A stretch of DNA of 64,000 nt from Eledone cirrhosa (taxonomy: Eukaryota), in NCBI GenBank assembly GCA_964016885.1, contig OZ024743.1, positions 156,426,001-156,490,000 on the forward strand, read 5' to 3'. Made by a program: the position numbers and the translations under genes. The notes under the pieces are model-generated. The model saw only the letters and a list, made by a program, of their open reading frames with translations. It was not told the origin of the DNA and did no database searches. Shown here in pieces: positions 52,949 through 64,000 of the stretch; position 1 is the first letter of the stretch, and every line of letters begins with the position of its first letter.

Positions 52949-53329
52949 AGGCAATAGTAATAGTAATTATTATTATTATTACTATTGCCTCAATTATTAT
53001 TATGCTGAGATTGGTAGTGGTGGTGGTGAAATTGCCGTTATCTGGCTGTTGTGTTTAGTGTACACAGATGGGTGATGGGGTAGGTGGTGTATCTAGTTTC
53101 TGATGTTGGTGAAATTGCTGTTATTTGGCTGTTCTATATAGTGTAGACAGAGGGGGTTTTCTTCCATTTATAACCATTTTCTTTTTTTAATATAAAATGT
53201 ATAATACAAAATTGAATATTTGAGCGATATAACAATATATTGTGGATCCGAATTTGTGGGATTCAAGCTGGATTTTTTATGCAACATTTGTACTAAGAAT
53301 TGTTATTTCACAATTGATTTTAAATATGT

Positions 53330-54430
53330 TAAAAAAACACCAAGTCACAACCAGTGACCTCAAGAGACAACAAGGTCCGCCATGTTCAAGAAAGAACATA
53401 CATATTCACACATGCATCTTTAGTGTTTAGACTTGTGTTGTACTTATATTGACAGAATCTTCCTTAGTATATGGGCAGTTCCCATTAGTACTATCTTTTG
53501 TATTTCTCCTATACGCGGGTTTCCTGGGATTTGCGATAAGTAATCATTAGACCCCTTAGGTATCATTCCCAGAGCGCCCACAACCACTGGTATTGTTTTA
53601 GTTCTCAATTTCCACATTTTTCCAATTTCTATCTCCAGGTCCTTATACTTGCTCAATTGTTCAAATGTTTTTATAGATACATTCTTGTCTATTGGAACAG
53701 ACATATCAATTAGCAGGCATACCCTCTTTTTAAAGTCTTTCAATATTATATCAGGTCTGTTTGCATCTATTTTTCGGTCTGTTTGGATGCTAAAGTTCCA
53801 CAAGAGTGAGATGTGATCTTTTTCAAGTATGGGAGGTGGTTGATGCTCCCACCAATTCTTTTGATGTGGCAGGTCAAAATGCTCACACATTATCCAATGT
53901 ATGTATTGTGCAGCTCTGTCATGCCTGTTTAGGTATTCGGTTGGAGCTATAGGACTGCACATTGAAATTATATGGTCAATGGTCTCTGGTTGTTTTTTGC
54001 ATACGCGGCATAATGGGCTGCACCCATTTTTTATTATGTCGGCTTGGTAATTTTTCGTTGGGAGACACTGATCCTGTGCCGATATAATCAGTCCTTCAGT
54101 CTCCGATTTCAGTCCAGAGGATGCCAACCACTGATGGGTTAAAGTTTTGTCAACATCAGGATTGTTAGCTCGCTCTGGGTATTTTCCATACAGAGGCTTT
54201 TCTTGCCATTTCTTAGCCAGTTTCTGTAGCAGTTCTTTCTTTGCAGTTACTTTTACCTGCTTTGCTTTTTCTGTGTTTTCCATTTCAGCAGTAAATGGGA
54301 CTTCTGAAATTTGTAGTCCATTACTGTATCTTTGTGCATCTTTTGTAATGGAATATGATCTTTTGATGCTTTCGTGTTTCAAAACGAGTTTGATCGTCCA
54401 ATCATGTGATTCCCTTAGATATGTAGATAA
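53330..54430 (-). mobile_element. 5'-truncated R4/Dong-like LINE with an open C-terminal ORF
   Basis: ORF 53444-54382 has W..KPLYG.Y, LKSETEG.I..AQDQ.L.T, CRVC..ET.DHI.S.C, RHD, NRPDII..D and KY.DL..EI...W, plus a short 3'UTR. Confidence 0.9.
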
Positions 54431-54590
54431 TTATTATTATTATTATTAATATTACTATAATAATAATTATTATTGTTGTTGTTGTTGTTGATCTTGTTGT
54501 TGTTGTTGGTGGTGATGTTATCAAGTCCTGGTGGTTGGGCTATGTATTTATCTGTGTGTTATCTTATCCCTAGTGGACCTAATATTATAG

Positions 54591-54623
<33 letters not shown>

Positions 54624-54879
54624 GTTGTTGTTGTTGTTGCTCTTGTTGTTGGCGGTGGTGGTGTTATCTTATCTGTGTGTTATCTTATCCCTAGTGGACC
54701 TAATATTATAGGTATTAATTGTGTTTTTATGGTCCACATTCGAGGTTTTTCTATCTCTAGATCTTTATATTTGGAGATTATATCTCTTTCCTAAGAAGAT
54801 ATATTACCGTCTGCGGGGATAGATATATCTATTAGAAAGCGTTTTCTTTTACTTTGTTATCTTTGACTATAATATGTGG

Positions 54880-57800
54880 TTCGTTGGCCTTCATCTCACT
54901 GTCTGTATGTATTGGCATATCTCAGAGAATGGTCGCGTTGTTATTCTCTGACATTTTTTCAAGTGTGTGTTTGTACCCTCTTTTGTCTGTTGATATTTCA
55001 TAATGCTGGCATAATTTCCAGTGTATGAAGGTCCTAACTCGATCATAGCTGTTATTTTTTGCCTAGTGATGAACATCCATAGATTATCTGGTTGATTGTT
55101 TCTTCCCTATCTCCACACTTTCCACAGTTACCTATAGTGCTTTGATTTATTAGGTACTTCTGGTAGTTTTTTTATTAAGTAGACACTGGTCCTGCTCTGC
55201 AATTAGAAATCCTTCCGCCGCGCTTTTTAGCTCAGTGCTTCGGAGCCAGTTTTCTGTGTTTTCTTTCTCTATCCCTTTTCTATTTAGCTTGTTAGGGTAT
55301 TCAACATCAATTTCTCTTGCCATCGTTTTAAGATCGCATCTGGATGTCATTTTCCACTTTAAATGTTTACTGTTGTTTTTTCTCTGCTTTCATTTTACTC
55401 ACAATTATCTGTACATCCAGTTTCCGATTGAATTTCTTTGTTTCCTTAAAGACCGAGAACAGTTGTTTGCTTTGTTCTTCTTTCATGGCTAATTGTGTTA
55501 GCTTTCCTTTGTTTTATTAGGTATTTTCGTAGTCCTACAGTAGTTATTTTAAAAGAGTTTACCATTTACATTAGGCCACTTCCTCCTTGTTTTGTTGGTA
55601 GGTATAAACTTTTTACGTCTCAGTTTGCATGGTGTATTCTAAATGCGGTCCTCATTTTTCTTGTTTTTTTTTTATCTATTCCAGCTAGTTCTCTTAGTGT
55701 CCAGTTCAAAATGTTAAAGCTGTAGCACTTTAATGGGACTGCTTAAGTGTTGATGACAATCACTTTATTGTTTGCAATTAGTTCAGTTTTGATTATTAAC
55801 CTAATTATTCTATAGTATTCTTTTCTAATCTTTTATGTCATCTGTGTGTGTTGAATCCTATCTTGTTCGTTAATTCCTAAGCATTTCTATGTTTGAGTTT
55901 GATCTATTTCTCTCATTTTTTTTTTTTTTTAATCTAATATGAGATAATTGTTTCCCCTAGCTTCCCTCTCTTCAGAATTACCTTAGCATATTTTTTAAAT
56001 TCAGATTTCATCCCTATTTCTTTTCTGAATCCGTGTCTGTCAGGAGCAGTGTTTCGAGTTGTTTTTCATTTGTAGCATATAGTTGTAGATCATCCATATA
56101 TATAGGAGCTGATTAATACCTGATCCCAGTTCTGTTTAGCGCTTCAGATAGTAGTGTTAATGCTAGGCAGAAAAGTAGTGGTGATAGCGAGTCTCCTTGG
56201 AATATGCCTCTATTGCTTGGAATAGGCTTTGTTTATATTTTCTATCATTTGTTTGTATCAGCGGAATTGTTTGTCATTTACTCATGGCATGTTTGATAAA
56301 TGTTGTTATTTTTTCTGATACTCCATTCATGACAAGTTTGTTGAGTATCTACTCTCAAGTGTTTTTTGATAATCAATTCAAGCCATGGTCATTACTTTTT
56401 TTTTTCTTTCTTTTGCTGTTTTCAGTTATGGCTTTATATACTAATAAATGGTCTCTGCATCCATATGATCCTTTGTGGTAGCCTTTCTGATCTTCTGGGA
56501 GCAGTTATTTTCCAGGTGTTTGGTTATTTTTTGTAATTTATTGAATTTACGGTTTTGTATGTAGTAGGCAAGCATGTTATGCGTCTGTAATATTTGGGAT
56601 TTGTAGTGTCATTATTTTGGGGTACCGTTTTACCCTTAGTGAGCCAGTCAGGTATCTTTCCTAGTTCTATCATAATTTCGTTAAATTCCTTTACCAGAAT
56701 TTCATGTGTCCCTGTTAAATATAATATCTTAACCAGAAGTTGGGGATCTTGTTATGTCCTGGTGCCATCCTGTTGCTAGCTCTTCTCAGTGTGATACACA
56801 CATCATCCTCCCATAGTTGTTCGTCTATTGTGTTCGCTGTTCTTGCTAACTTTGTGCATGGTAATTTCTTTTCCGTTATGTCCATATTCTTCTCCAGAAC
56901 CCTTCCACTTCTTTTAAACTTGGGGCTAGATTAACTTCTATTTTATTTGTATTAAGATATAGGTAGAGTCGTTTTCGGTTGGTGTCAGGCTCATAATTAG
57001 ATGATTATCATGTTTATTGGCTATAGGCTTTTGGGCTTCAGTGTTTTTAACGGTTTTGTGCGCATTTGTTATCGTACGTTTTTTTCCTTAAGTTCAAAGA
57101 GCGAACGTCAGTACATCCCTGTGGATGTTTTGTGTACATTTCCCGTTGTGTTTATAATACAGGCATGTGTAATACAATCAGTAAATTTTATTTTTTACAT
57201 GTATCGTTATTCTTTTTGTTTCGATTTCACACTCTTTGTAGTATTGCGGCTGATTCTCAAATTGTTGAACTTTACTCACGTGGTCACAATTTTAATAAGG
57301 AACATTATGTTATAAGGATGATCCGTGTATAAAATGTATTTATTATAGGCCTTGTTGTTTCTCGGCCATTATGTTTCCCCTTAATTTTCTTAGTATATGT
57401 ATTCCTGTTTTGTCGATGGTGTCCGATTTATTTGTTTCTGATATATTCCAAATGTCTTTGTGATACCTAGGGCGAATAAATTCACTGTATCCATTGTTAA
57501 GTCAGTTAACACACCACATTGAATATAATTTACAGCATATCATTATTACAGGGAGATATCATTCTTACAGAGATAGTGCTCTACTCACAAACACACAACC
57601 ACACAAGGAGGTATATCATTCTCACTGAGATAGTGTTATTCTCAATATGTGTGCAGTACCATTTAAAACAAATTGTTCACTTCTTGCAGAGAGGGTAAAC
57701 CAGGAATCATTCGAAAATACTGTTCTGTTCCTTTCTTGATCATTCCCAGTGCTCCCACCATCACTGGTAATGTAACGGCCTTGATGTTACCCATTTTTAT

Positions 57801-58030
57801 TTATTTCAATAAGCAGATTTTTATATTTTCTTAACTTGTCTTGCCGCAATATTGTGATCACACGGGATGCCCATATCAATAAACAGACCTTGCTATGTTG
57901 GTCTTTTACAATGATATATGGTCTATTATCTTTAATTGTCAGGTCAGTATGTACGTTTCTCCTACAGATACAGCATCAGAATGATGATCGTACCACTTTG
58001 ATCTTCAAACTTTCACACATCTTTTGACTA
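54880..58030 (-). mobile_element. Heavily decayed R4/Dong-like LINE fragments
   Basis: ELKSAAEGFLIAEQDQCL, LY.P...GGSG, GDSLSPLLFCLAL, YMDDL.LY, PKY.R.ITCLPT.YK and QKG..KGSYGC, with a separate RPD-type 3' piece at ~57720-58020. Confidence 0.75.
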
Positions 58031-58185
58031 AAATAATATATAATTGAAATTAATCTCACATAATTTTCAGTATATATTTTCCGAGTAAATCATTCATCAC
58101 ATTTAACGGTTAACAAACAAGATTGTAGTTATCTTTCCCTTTTCAATCGTGCAAACATAAACATTATATAATATATTATGTACTA

Positions 58186-59544
58186 TATAACTTCGCTAAA
58201 TTAACAATATTCTGAAAACATTTTCAATGTTGGAACAAAATATTCGAATCTACAAATTGTTCTCCTCTCACAACTTGAATTACTTGCTTTTTATGTAAAA
58301 TACAAAATCAACATCCTTCGTAACTCATATTAGAAATGTAAACAACTAATAATTGTAAATTATTTCTATGTCTATTTCTATAATACTCATACATGCACAA
58401 TTATTAATCTATATAGATGTCTATATACTTATAACATATTGTAATGTAATAAGATACAATCTACTTACAACCATAATTCTTCATATAAGCTAATTGATTA
58501 TATATACAATATTATAACTCATAATATAGCTAAATAAATTTAAGTTCTGGAATCATATTCCACCATTCCCGCAAATTGTTAATTACTTTTAAATTAACGT
58601 GAATACAAGCTACTCTTTCTTTTTTTTTTCTTCTTCCTACTCATACATATATATATCCTAATTATTTAAATTCTGCATAGCGTCTAAAATAACGTTTTTT
58701 CGGCCCTATACATCAACCTCATTTGCATACTCATCTTAATAATTTGAAATATCATAATATAATATGTACGATAAACTCTATAACTTTGCTAAATTAACAA
58801 TATTCTGAGAACATTTTCTATTTTCGAACAAAATATTCGAGTCTACAAATTGTCCTCCTCTTACAACTTTTTTTAACGTAAAATGCAAAATCAACACCTT
58901 CGTAACTCATATTAGAAATGTAAACAACTAATAATTGTAAATTATTTCTATGTCTATTTCTATGATACTTATACATGCACAATCATTAATATATATATAG
59001 ATATATATACATACAACCTATTGTAATGTAATAAGATAAAATCTACTTACAAACATAATTCCTCATATAATCTAATTGATTATATATACAAGGAAGAAAT
59101 AGCAGGTGATGTGTTGTTATGGAGTCCATCTCATGCAGCAAGAAACGCTGGTTCTCCCAAGAAGACATACGTCAAGCAACTCGAGGACGATACTGGATGC
59201 ACTGCGGAAGAACTGGCAAACGCTATGAGAGACAGAGATGGATGGAGGAAACGTGTCGTAGAAAGCCGAGCAAGCTCGACCTGATGATGATGATATATAC
59301 AATATTATAACTCATAATATAGCTAAATATATTTAAATTCTGGAATCAGTTTCCTTCATTCCACAAATTGTTAATTCTTTTTAAATTAACCTAAATACAA
59401 GCTCTTCTTTCTTTTTTTGTCTTCTACCTACTCATACATACATATATCCTAATTATTTAAATTCTTTATAGCGTCTAAAATAACGTTGTTTCAGCCCTAT
59501 ACATCAACCCCATTTGCATACTCATCTTAATAATTTGAAATATC
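58186..59544. repeat. Tandem duplication of ~570 bp (58186-58753 and 58780-59544)
   Basis: Collinear similarity; the second copy is interrupted by an RTE tail. Confidence 0.88.
59091..59292 (+). mobile_element. 5'-truncated RTE/RTE-X LINE tail with a 9-bp target-site duplication
   Basis: It encodes EEIAGDVLLWSP..AG.PKKTYVKQL.DD.G...EL..AM.DRDGWRKRV and has a (TGA)n tail. The TSD atatataca lies at 59082-59090 and 59293-59301. Confidence 0.85.
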
Positions 59545-59599
59545 TGACTTTTCTTCTCTTTTACCTTCACTATCCAAGAAAAACTCGAACCGTTAAGGT

Positions 59600-59845
59600 A
59601 TTCTTTTCTTCGTTATGTCAAAATATATAAAACATCCTTTGTATTTATTCTGTTGAAAGCGTACCAAAGTTTTGGTACCCTTGAAATATATATAATAGAA
59701 TAAATATGGTTTTATAAATACTGTTTACATTTATTTAATATCATTGAATATTATACTCTAGAAAACTTGTTGAGTGCTCTTAGTCAGTTATAAACATTTA
59801 TATTTGCTGAATTACCCACAAATTGAATATCTGTTTAGCATATAT
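59600..59845 (+). mobile_element. Diverged Naiad-family pLTR with a core-mutated hammerhead
   Basis: CTGTTGA-aagcgtaccaaag-ttttggtaccctt-GAAA-tatata-TA-atagaata, followed by the reverse complement of the 7264-7400 sequence. It ends near (TA)n. Confidence 0.7.
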
Positions 59846-59846
59846 G

Positions 59847-59893
<47 letters not shown>

Positions 59894-59904
59894 GTTCATA
59901 TATC

Positions 59905-59953
<49 letters not shown>

Positions 59954-60044
59954 AAGGTTTACATATTTACATATTTACAATTATGCTAATTGGGAGAGGA
60001 AATGGTATATATTATATCTAGTGATTCTAAAGACATGTTTTATG

Positions 60045-60098
<54 letters not shown>

Positions 60099-61437
60099 AT
60101 ATACATATATATATGGCTGTAGCCAACATGTCATCAGTTGGATTAACAGTTTCCCGACATAAACTCACATGTTCTGTAGCTGAATTGCTTCTTAAGTATA
60201 TGATTCGCTAGTGGTGTGGTACGCCTCGAAATATATTATATATCTATGGAATCATGCAACAACTCTCATGGCCACGGATTTAAAAGGTTACATATGTAAA
60301 GCACACCAAATACTAAGTTTCCAAATTATATTGAGACGATATTCTAAAAGCTACCATTCGTAAAAGCGACTCTGACCTCGATATCTTTCGGAAAATCTTT
60401 ATAGCCAAAAATAGCAATCGATTTTCATTTACGATTAATAGAAATACCAATCTCACTAGCGTTATTTTTTCTAGATGTCCCATTTTTGCAAATCTCAGAT
60501 GCACATAGCCCTTACCACTAATCAAAATTGCAGCTTATATAAGTCAATAGAAGATGATTCAACATTATTAGTAGACAACTTTATTAAAATAATCAAAAGT
60601 ATTTCTTCAAATAAGGATATTTAGATAGAACAGTCCTATTCAAGTGAAGCATGAATGATAAGGTTATATATTTTCTTGACCAACAAAGTAGTCTAGAAAG
60701 ACTAATGATAGATTAGAACTTATGTTTAGTTTACATTCCACTTCTTCATACATGTTACCAGCAAAGAAAGATACTCATAGGATTTTCCTAAAGGGTATAA
60801 ATATAGAAAAACGATTCCGCAGACGTGTGTTTAATAGCGTCTAATCCTGGGCTAGAAACGCTATAGTCTGAATCAACTGCAAACAGATGAATTCTTACAT
60901 CTCAAACAACCATCAATACATTTCAACCCTCAAATTCATATTCAAGAATTGGTGAATCCAACGTAAAACAGATTAAAATATAATCTGTCTGCCATAGATT
61001 CCAGCAACTGGCTACCTGCATCTCCTAATGGATTACTTATGCTCCCTGCTCAACAAAACCATTATATTTTTCTATGTGTCGTCCTCCAGCAATTAATTCC
61101 CAAGTTCATGTACCACTCCTATCAAAAATACATTACACCACTTGCATTTACTTTAATGCAATACGTGTCTAAAGAAGCATACGATATTTCTTTCTAACTC
61201 TTTCTTGTTCGCCTTAGTAACTCTTTACACTTGAAGGGTCGTAATCAAATCAATACAAAACGTGCACATATATGTGAAGACTAGTGAAACAATTGTACAT
61301 AATAACATGAATATTGTAATAAATATTTATATACCATTAAAATGTACCGCAGATCTTGTGCGTTGCAATACTGAATATCGGGAGTATGCTACATTATATA
61401 TATATATATATAAATTGGTGGTGGATAAAAGGGTGGT

Positions 61438-61618
61438 TGATTGGCAGTATCGGTAGAGAGTCGGCCGCCATGCTTTCCAGCATAGTTACGTCCCTTTACG
61501 GTCTGAGTTCAAATCCTGCCGAGGTTAACTTTGCTTTTCACCCTTACGGGGTCGATAAAATAAAGTACCCGTAATGCACTGGGTAATTGCTGGCCTTGTG
61601 CCTAAAGTAGAAACATTT
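61438..61618 (+). mobile_element. tRNA-derived SINE
   Basis: tggcagtatcggtag, gagttcaaatcc and ggggtcgataaaataaagtacc. Confidence 0.85.
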
Positions 61619-61635
61619 ATATATATATATATATA

Positions 61636-62781
61636 TTTAATGATTAATTAATTAATTTGATTAGACAATTCTATTGATTGGTTAATTGTTTATGTTTGTT
61701 TAATAACATCTAGTTGAGAGCTTTCATTCGGTTTGTGTAAAGGATTGAAATGCTTTGTTCAAATTTTGAATGTGACCACAAAAACCGGGGGTTACCTCGC
61801 TTAGGAGAAACCTCGGGGGTACTAGCAGTGTTTACTACGAGTTCTTGCAACAGGAGGAGGCAGAACGAATACTTGTTGACGAAGTAAATTCCACTGTTCT
61901 ATCTTCCACAGGCCACTTAACTTGCAGGCCCCTGCAAATGGATTTTGTTGATTTGGGATTTACAGAAACCTAGTGGAGATGTTATATAATATTATGTAAT
62001 ATATCCACGATGATCCAGGTAACTGTCAAACATTTCTCTGAGTCGGTGTTGTCGTTGTTCTGGTCCTAGCGGCTCGCTTTTCGGTCACTGGCTTCAATTT
62101 GCATAGCTGTCTAAACGTAATATTATAACTCTATGGTAAACTTACGTATTGAGTGTTTTTGGCTGCACTTCCGGACAGCATCCGTTAGCTTGCCCGCAAC
62201 CAGAGCTTCGATCATGCTGTACTACATTCTTGTATTATTATCTCTTAGATTTAATGATTAATTGATTAATTTAATTAGACAATACTATTGATTGGTTAAT
62301 TGTTTATGTTTGTTTAATAACATCTAGATGAGAGCTTTCATTCGGTTTCTGTAAAGGATTGAATTCCTTTGTTCAAATTTGTTATTTGACCGCCAAAAGC
62401 GGGGTTACCTCCCTTAGGAGAAACCTCGTGACTACTAGAAGTGCTTACTACTAGTTCTTGCAACCGGAGGAGGGAAAACGAAAACTTGTTGAAGTAAATT
62501 CCACTGTTCCATCTTCCAAAGCCCAATTAACTTGCAGGCCCCTGCAAATGGATTTTGTTGATTTCGGATTTACAGAAAGCAAGTGGAGTTGTTATACACT
62601 TTTATGTTTATATATCCATGATGGTCCAGGAAACAGTCAAACTTTTCCCTGAGTCTGATTTTTCGTTGTTTTGGTCCTAGCGGCTCGCTTTTCGGTCCCT
62701 GGTTTCAATTTGCATAGCTGTCTAAACGTAATGTTATAACTCTAAGGTAAAATTCCTTATTGAGTGCTTTTGGCTCCACTT
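61636..62781. repeat. Tandem duplication of ~535 bp with an ~80-bp spacer (pLTR-like)
   Basis: 61636-62170 and 62250-62781 are collinear; the first copy starts at (TA)n. Confidence 0.85.
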
Positions 62782-62805
62782 ATTTACAAACAAGGTTTAT
62801 GGAGT

Positions 62806-63007
62806 GAAAAGAAAAAAGAAAAAAGAAAAAAAGAAAAAAGAAAAAAGAAAAAAGAAAAAAGAAAAAAGAAAAAAGAAAAAAGAAAAAAGAAAAAAAGAAA
62901 AAAAGAAAAAAGAAAAAAGAAAAAAATCAAAAAAGATAAAAGAAAAAAGAAAAAAGAAAAAAAGAAAAAAGAAAAAAGAAAAAAGAAAAAAGAAAAAAAA
63001 CAAAAAA
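62806..63007. repeat. (GAAAAAA)n minisatellite
   Basis: Directly visible; it is the source of the Lys-rich and Phe-rich ORFs. Confidence 0.95.
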
Positions 63008-63695
63008 CGGACATGGTGTAGGGCATAAAATGTCAATGTGAAAGACAAAATAATATTATTTACAGGTATAGTTCTTGAAGTTAAGCAGATCAAAATGTGT
63101 TAATATAGCAAGAGTGCTTAGTTGATCCATGATTCCATGATGGAGGCAAATGGTGGACTGAGGTTTAATATGATTTCCCTTTTTAGAGAGGTAATATGCA
63201 GGCGGAGGCAATTCTTGCTGGATGATATTTAATTTATTTAAGAAAAAGAATTAGGTAGCGTGTGAGGGAGGTAACTCTTGTAAATGTTTGATTGTTTGTT
63301 GCAGTTATTAGTTTGGTCCTATTTTCAGTGCATTAAGAAGAGGTTGGAATTTGTTAATGAAATATGTTTCCTTATTGGTACGATGCTCTACATCACGCCC
63401 GTTTTTTTTTCTTTTTTCTTTTTTATTTTCACTCCATAAACCTTGTTTGTAAATAACATTATTCTTTCTGCACCTTCTCTTTAACATGAGCGACACCACA
63501 CTAATACATATCACTATCATTTGATAATGCATAAAAATGCTGAAACCGGTAATAGACGAGTATTACATATATAATAGATAAATAATTGCCATTGGTAAAT
63601 AATAAATAAATCAACTAATACCTTAACATTTCACACAACGTAAAACATTTCGTTTTAATCATTTTCTAACCCAGAAATCGTCTCTTCCTCCCTGT

Positions 63696-63733
<38 letters not shown>

Positions 63734-63735
<2 letters not shown>

Positions 63736-64000
63736 GATATTAAACAAATGGAAACTATATTTATAAAACCATATTTATTTCGTTATATATATTTCTGGGA
63801 TATCATATTAAAAATATGGTATGCCTTCCTCAGACAAAATACAATACATAAGCTGTTTTATAAATAATTTTGACATACCTTATAATAATGCAACTTCCAT
63901 TTAAAAAGTTGATTTGGTGTTTAATATCGTAAACCTACTCCAGAAACTGTTGAGTGCTTTTATATCAGTTATAAAATATTTATTTACTCGTTGTAACCCA
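63734..64000. mobile_element. Naiad-family pLTR with an internal inversion and an HHR (minus strand, ~63775-63841); runs off the window
   Basis: 63734-63917 is homologous to 22383-22558. 63920-64000 is the reverse complement of the pLTR terminal part. The motif is tattttgt-CTGAGGA..GAAA-tatata-TA-acgaaata. Confidence 0.8.

Noticed and set aside
62764-63093. Lys-rich and Phe-rich ORFs
   Set aside because: They are translations of the (GAAAAAA)n minisatellite.

Overview
AT-rich, microsatellite-dense animal DNA, most likely an octopus or other cephalopod (inferred from the SINE type and the extreme (TA)n/(CA)n content). I see no intact host gene. Nearly all interpretable sequence is mobile DNA. 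It includes a near-intact Naiad-like Penelope-like element (PLE) in partial-tandem form (7264-13509), a Neptune-like PLE, R4/Dong-like and RTE LINEs, remnants of mariner, Chapaev3-like and Helitron elements, tRNA-derived SINEs and local tandem duplications. Two things stand out. First, about a dozen type I hammerhead ribozyme (HHR) motifs from about five unrelated repeat families sit in short non-coding elements embedded in (TA)n tracts; many are fold-back or inverted, they reuse the same breakpoints, and one family shows stem II covariation around a conserved mismatch. Second, a heavily decayed, apparently intronless nicotinic-receptor-like (Cys-loop) sequence at about 40.0-41.3 kb resembles a cephalopod chemotactile-receptor-type pseudogene. 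All calls come from reading the sequence by eye; no searches were run.
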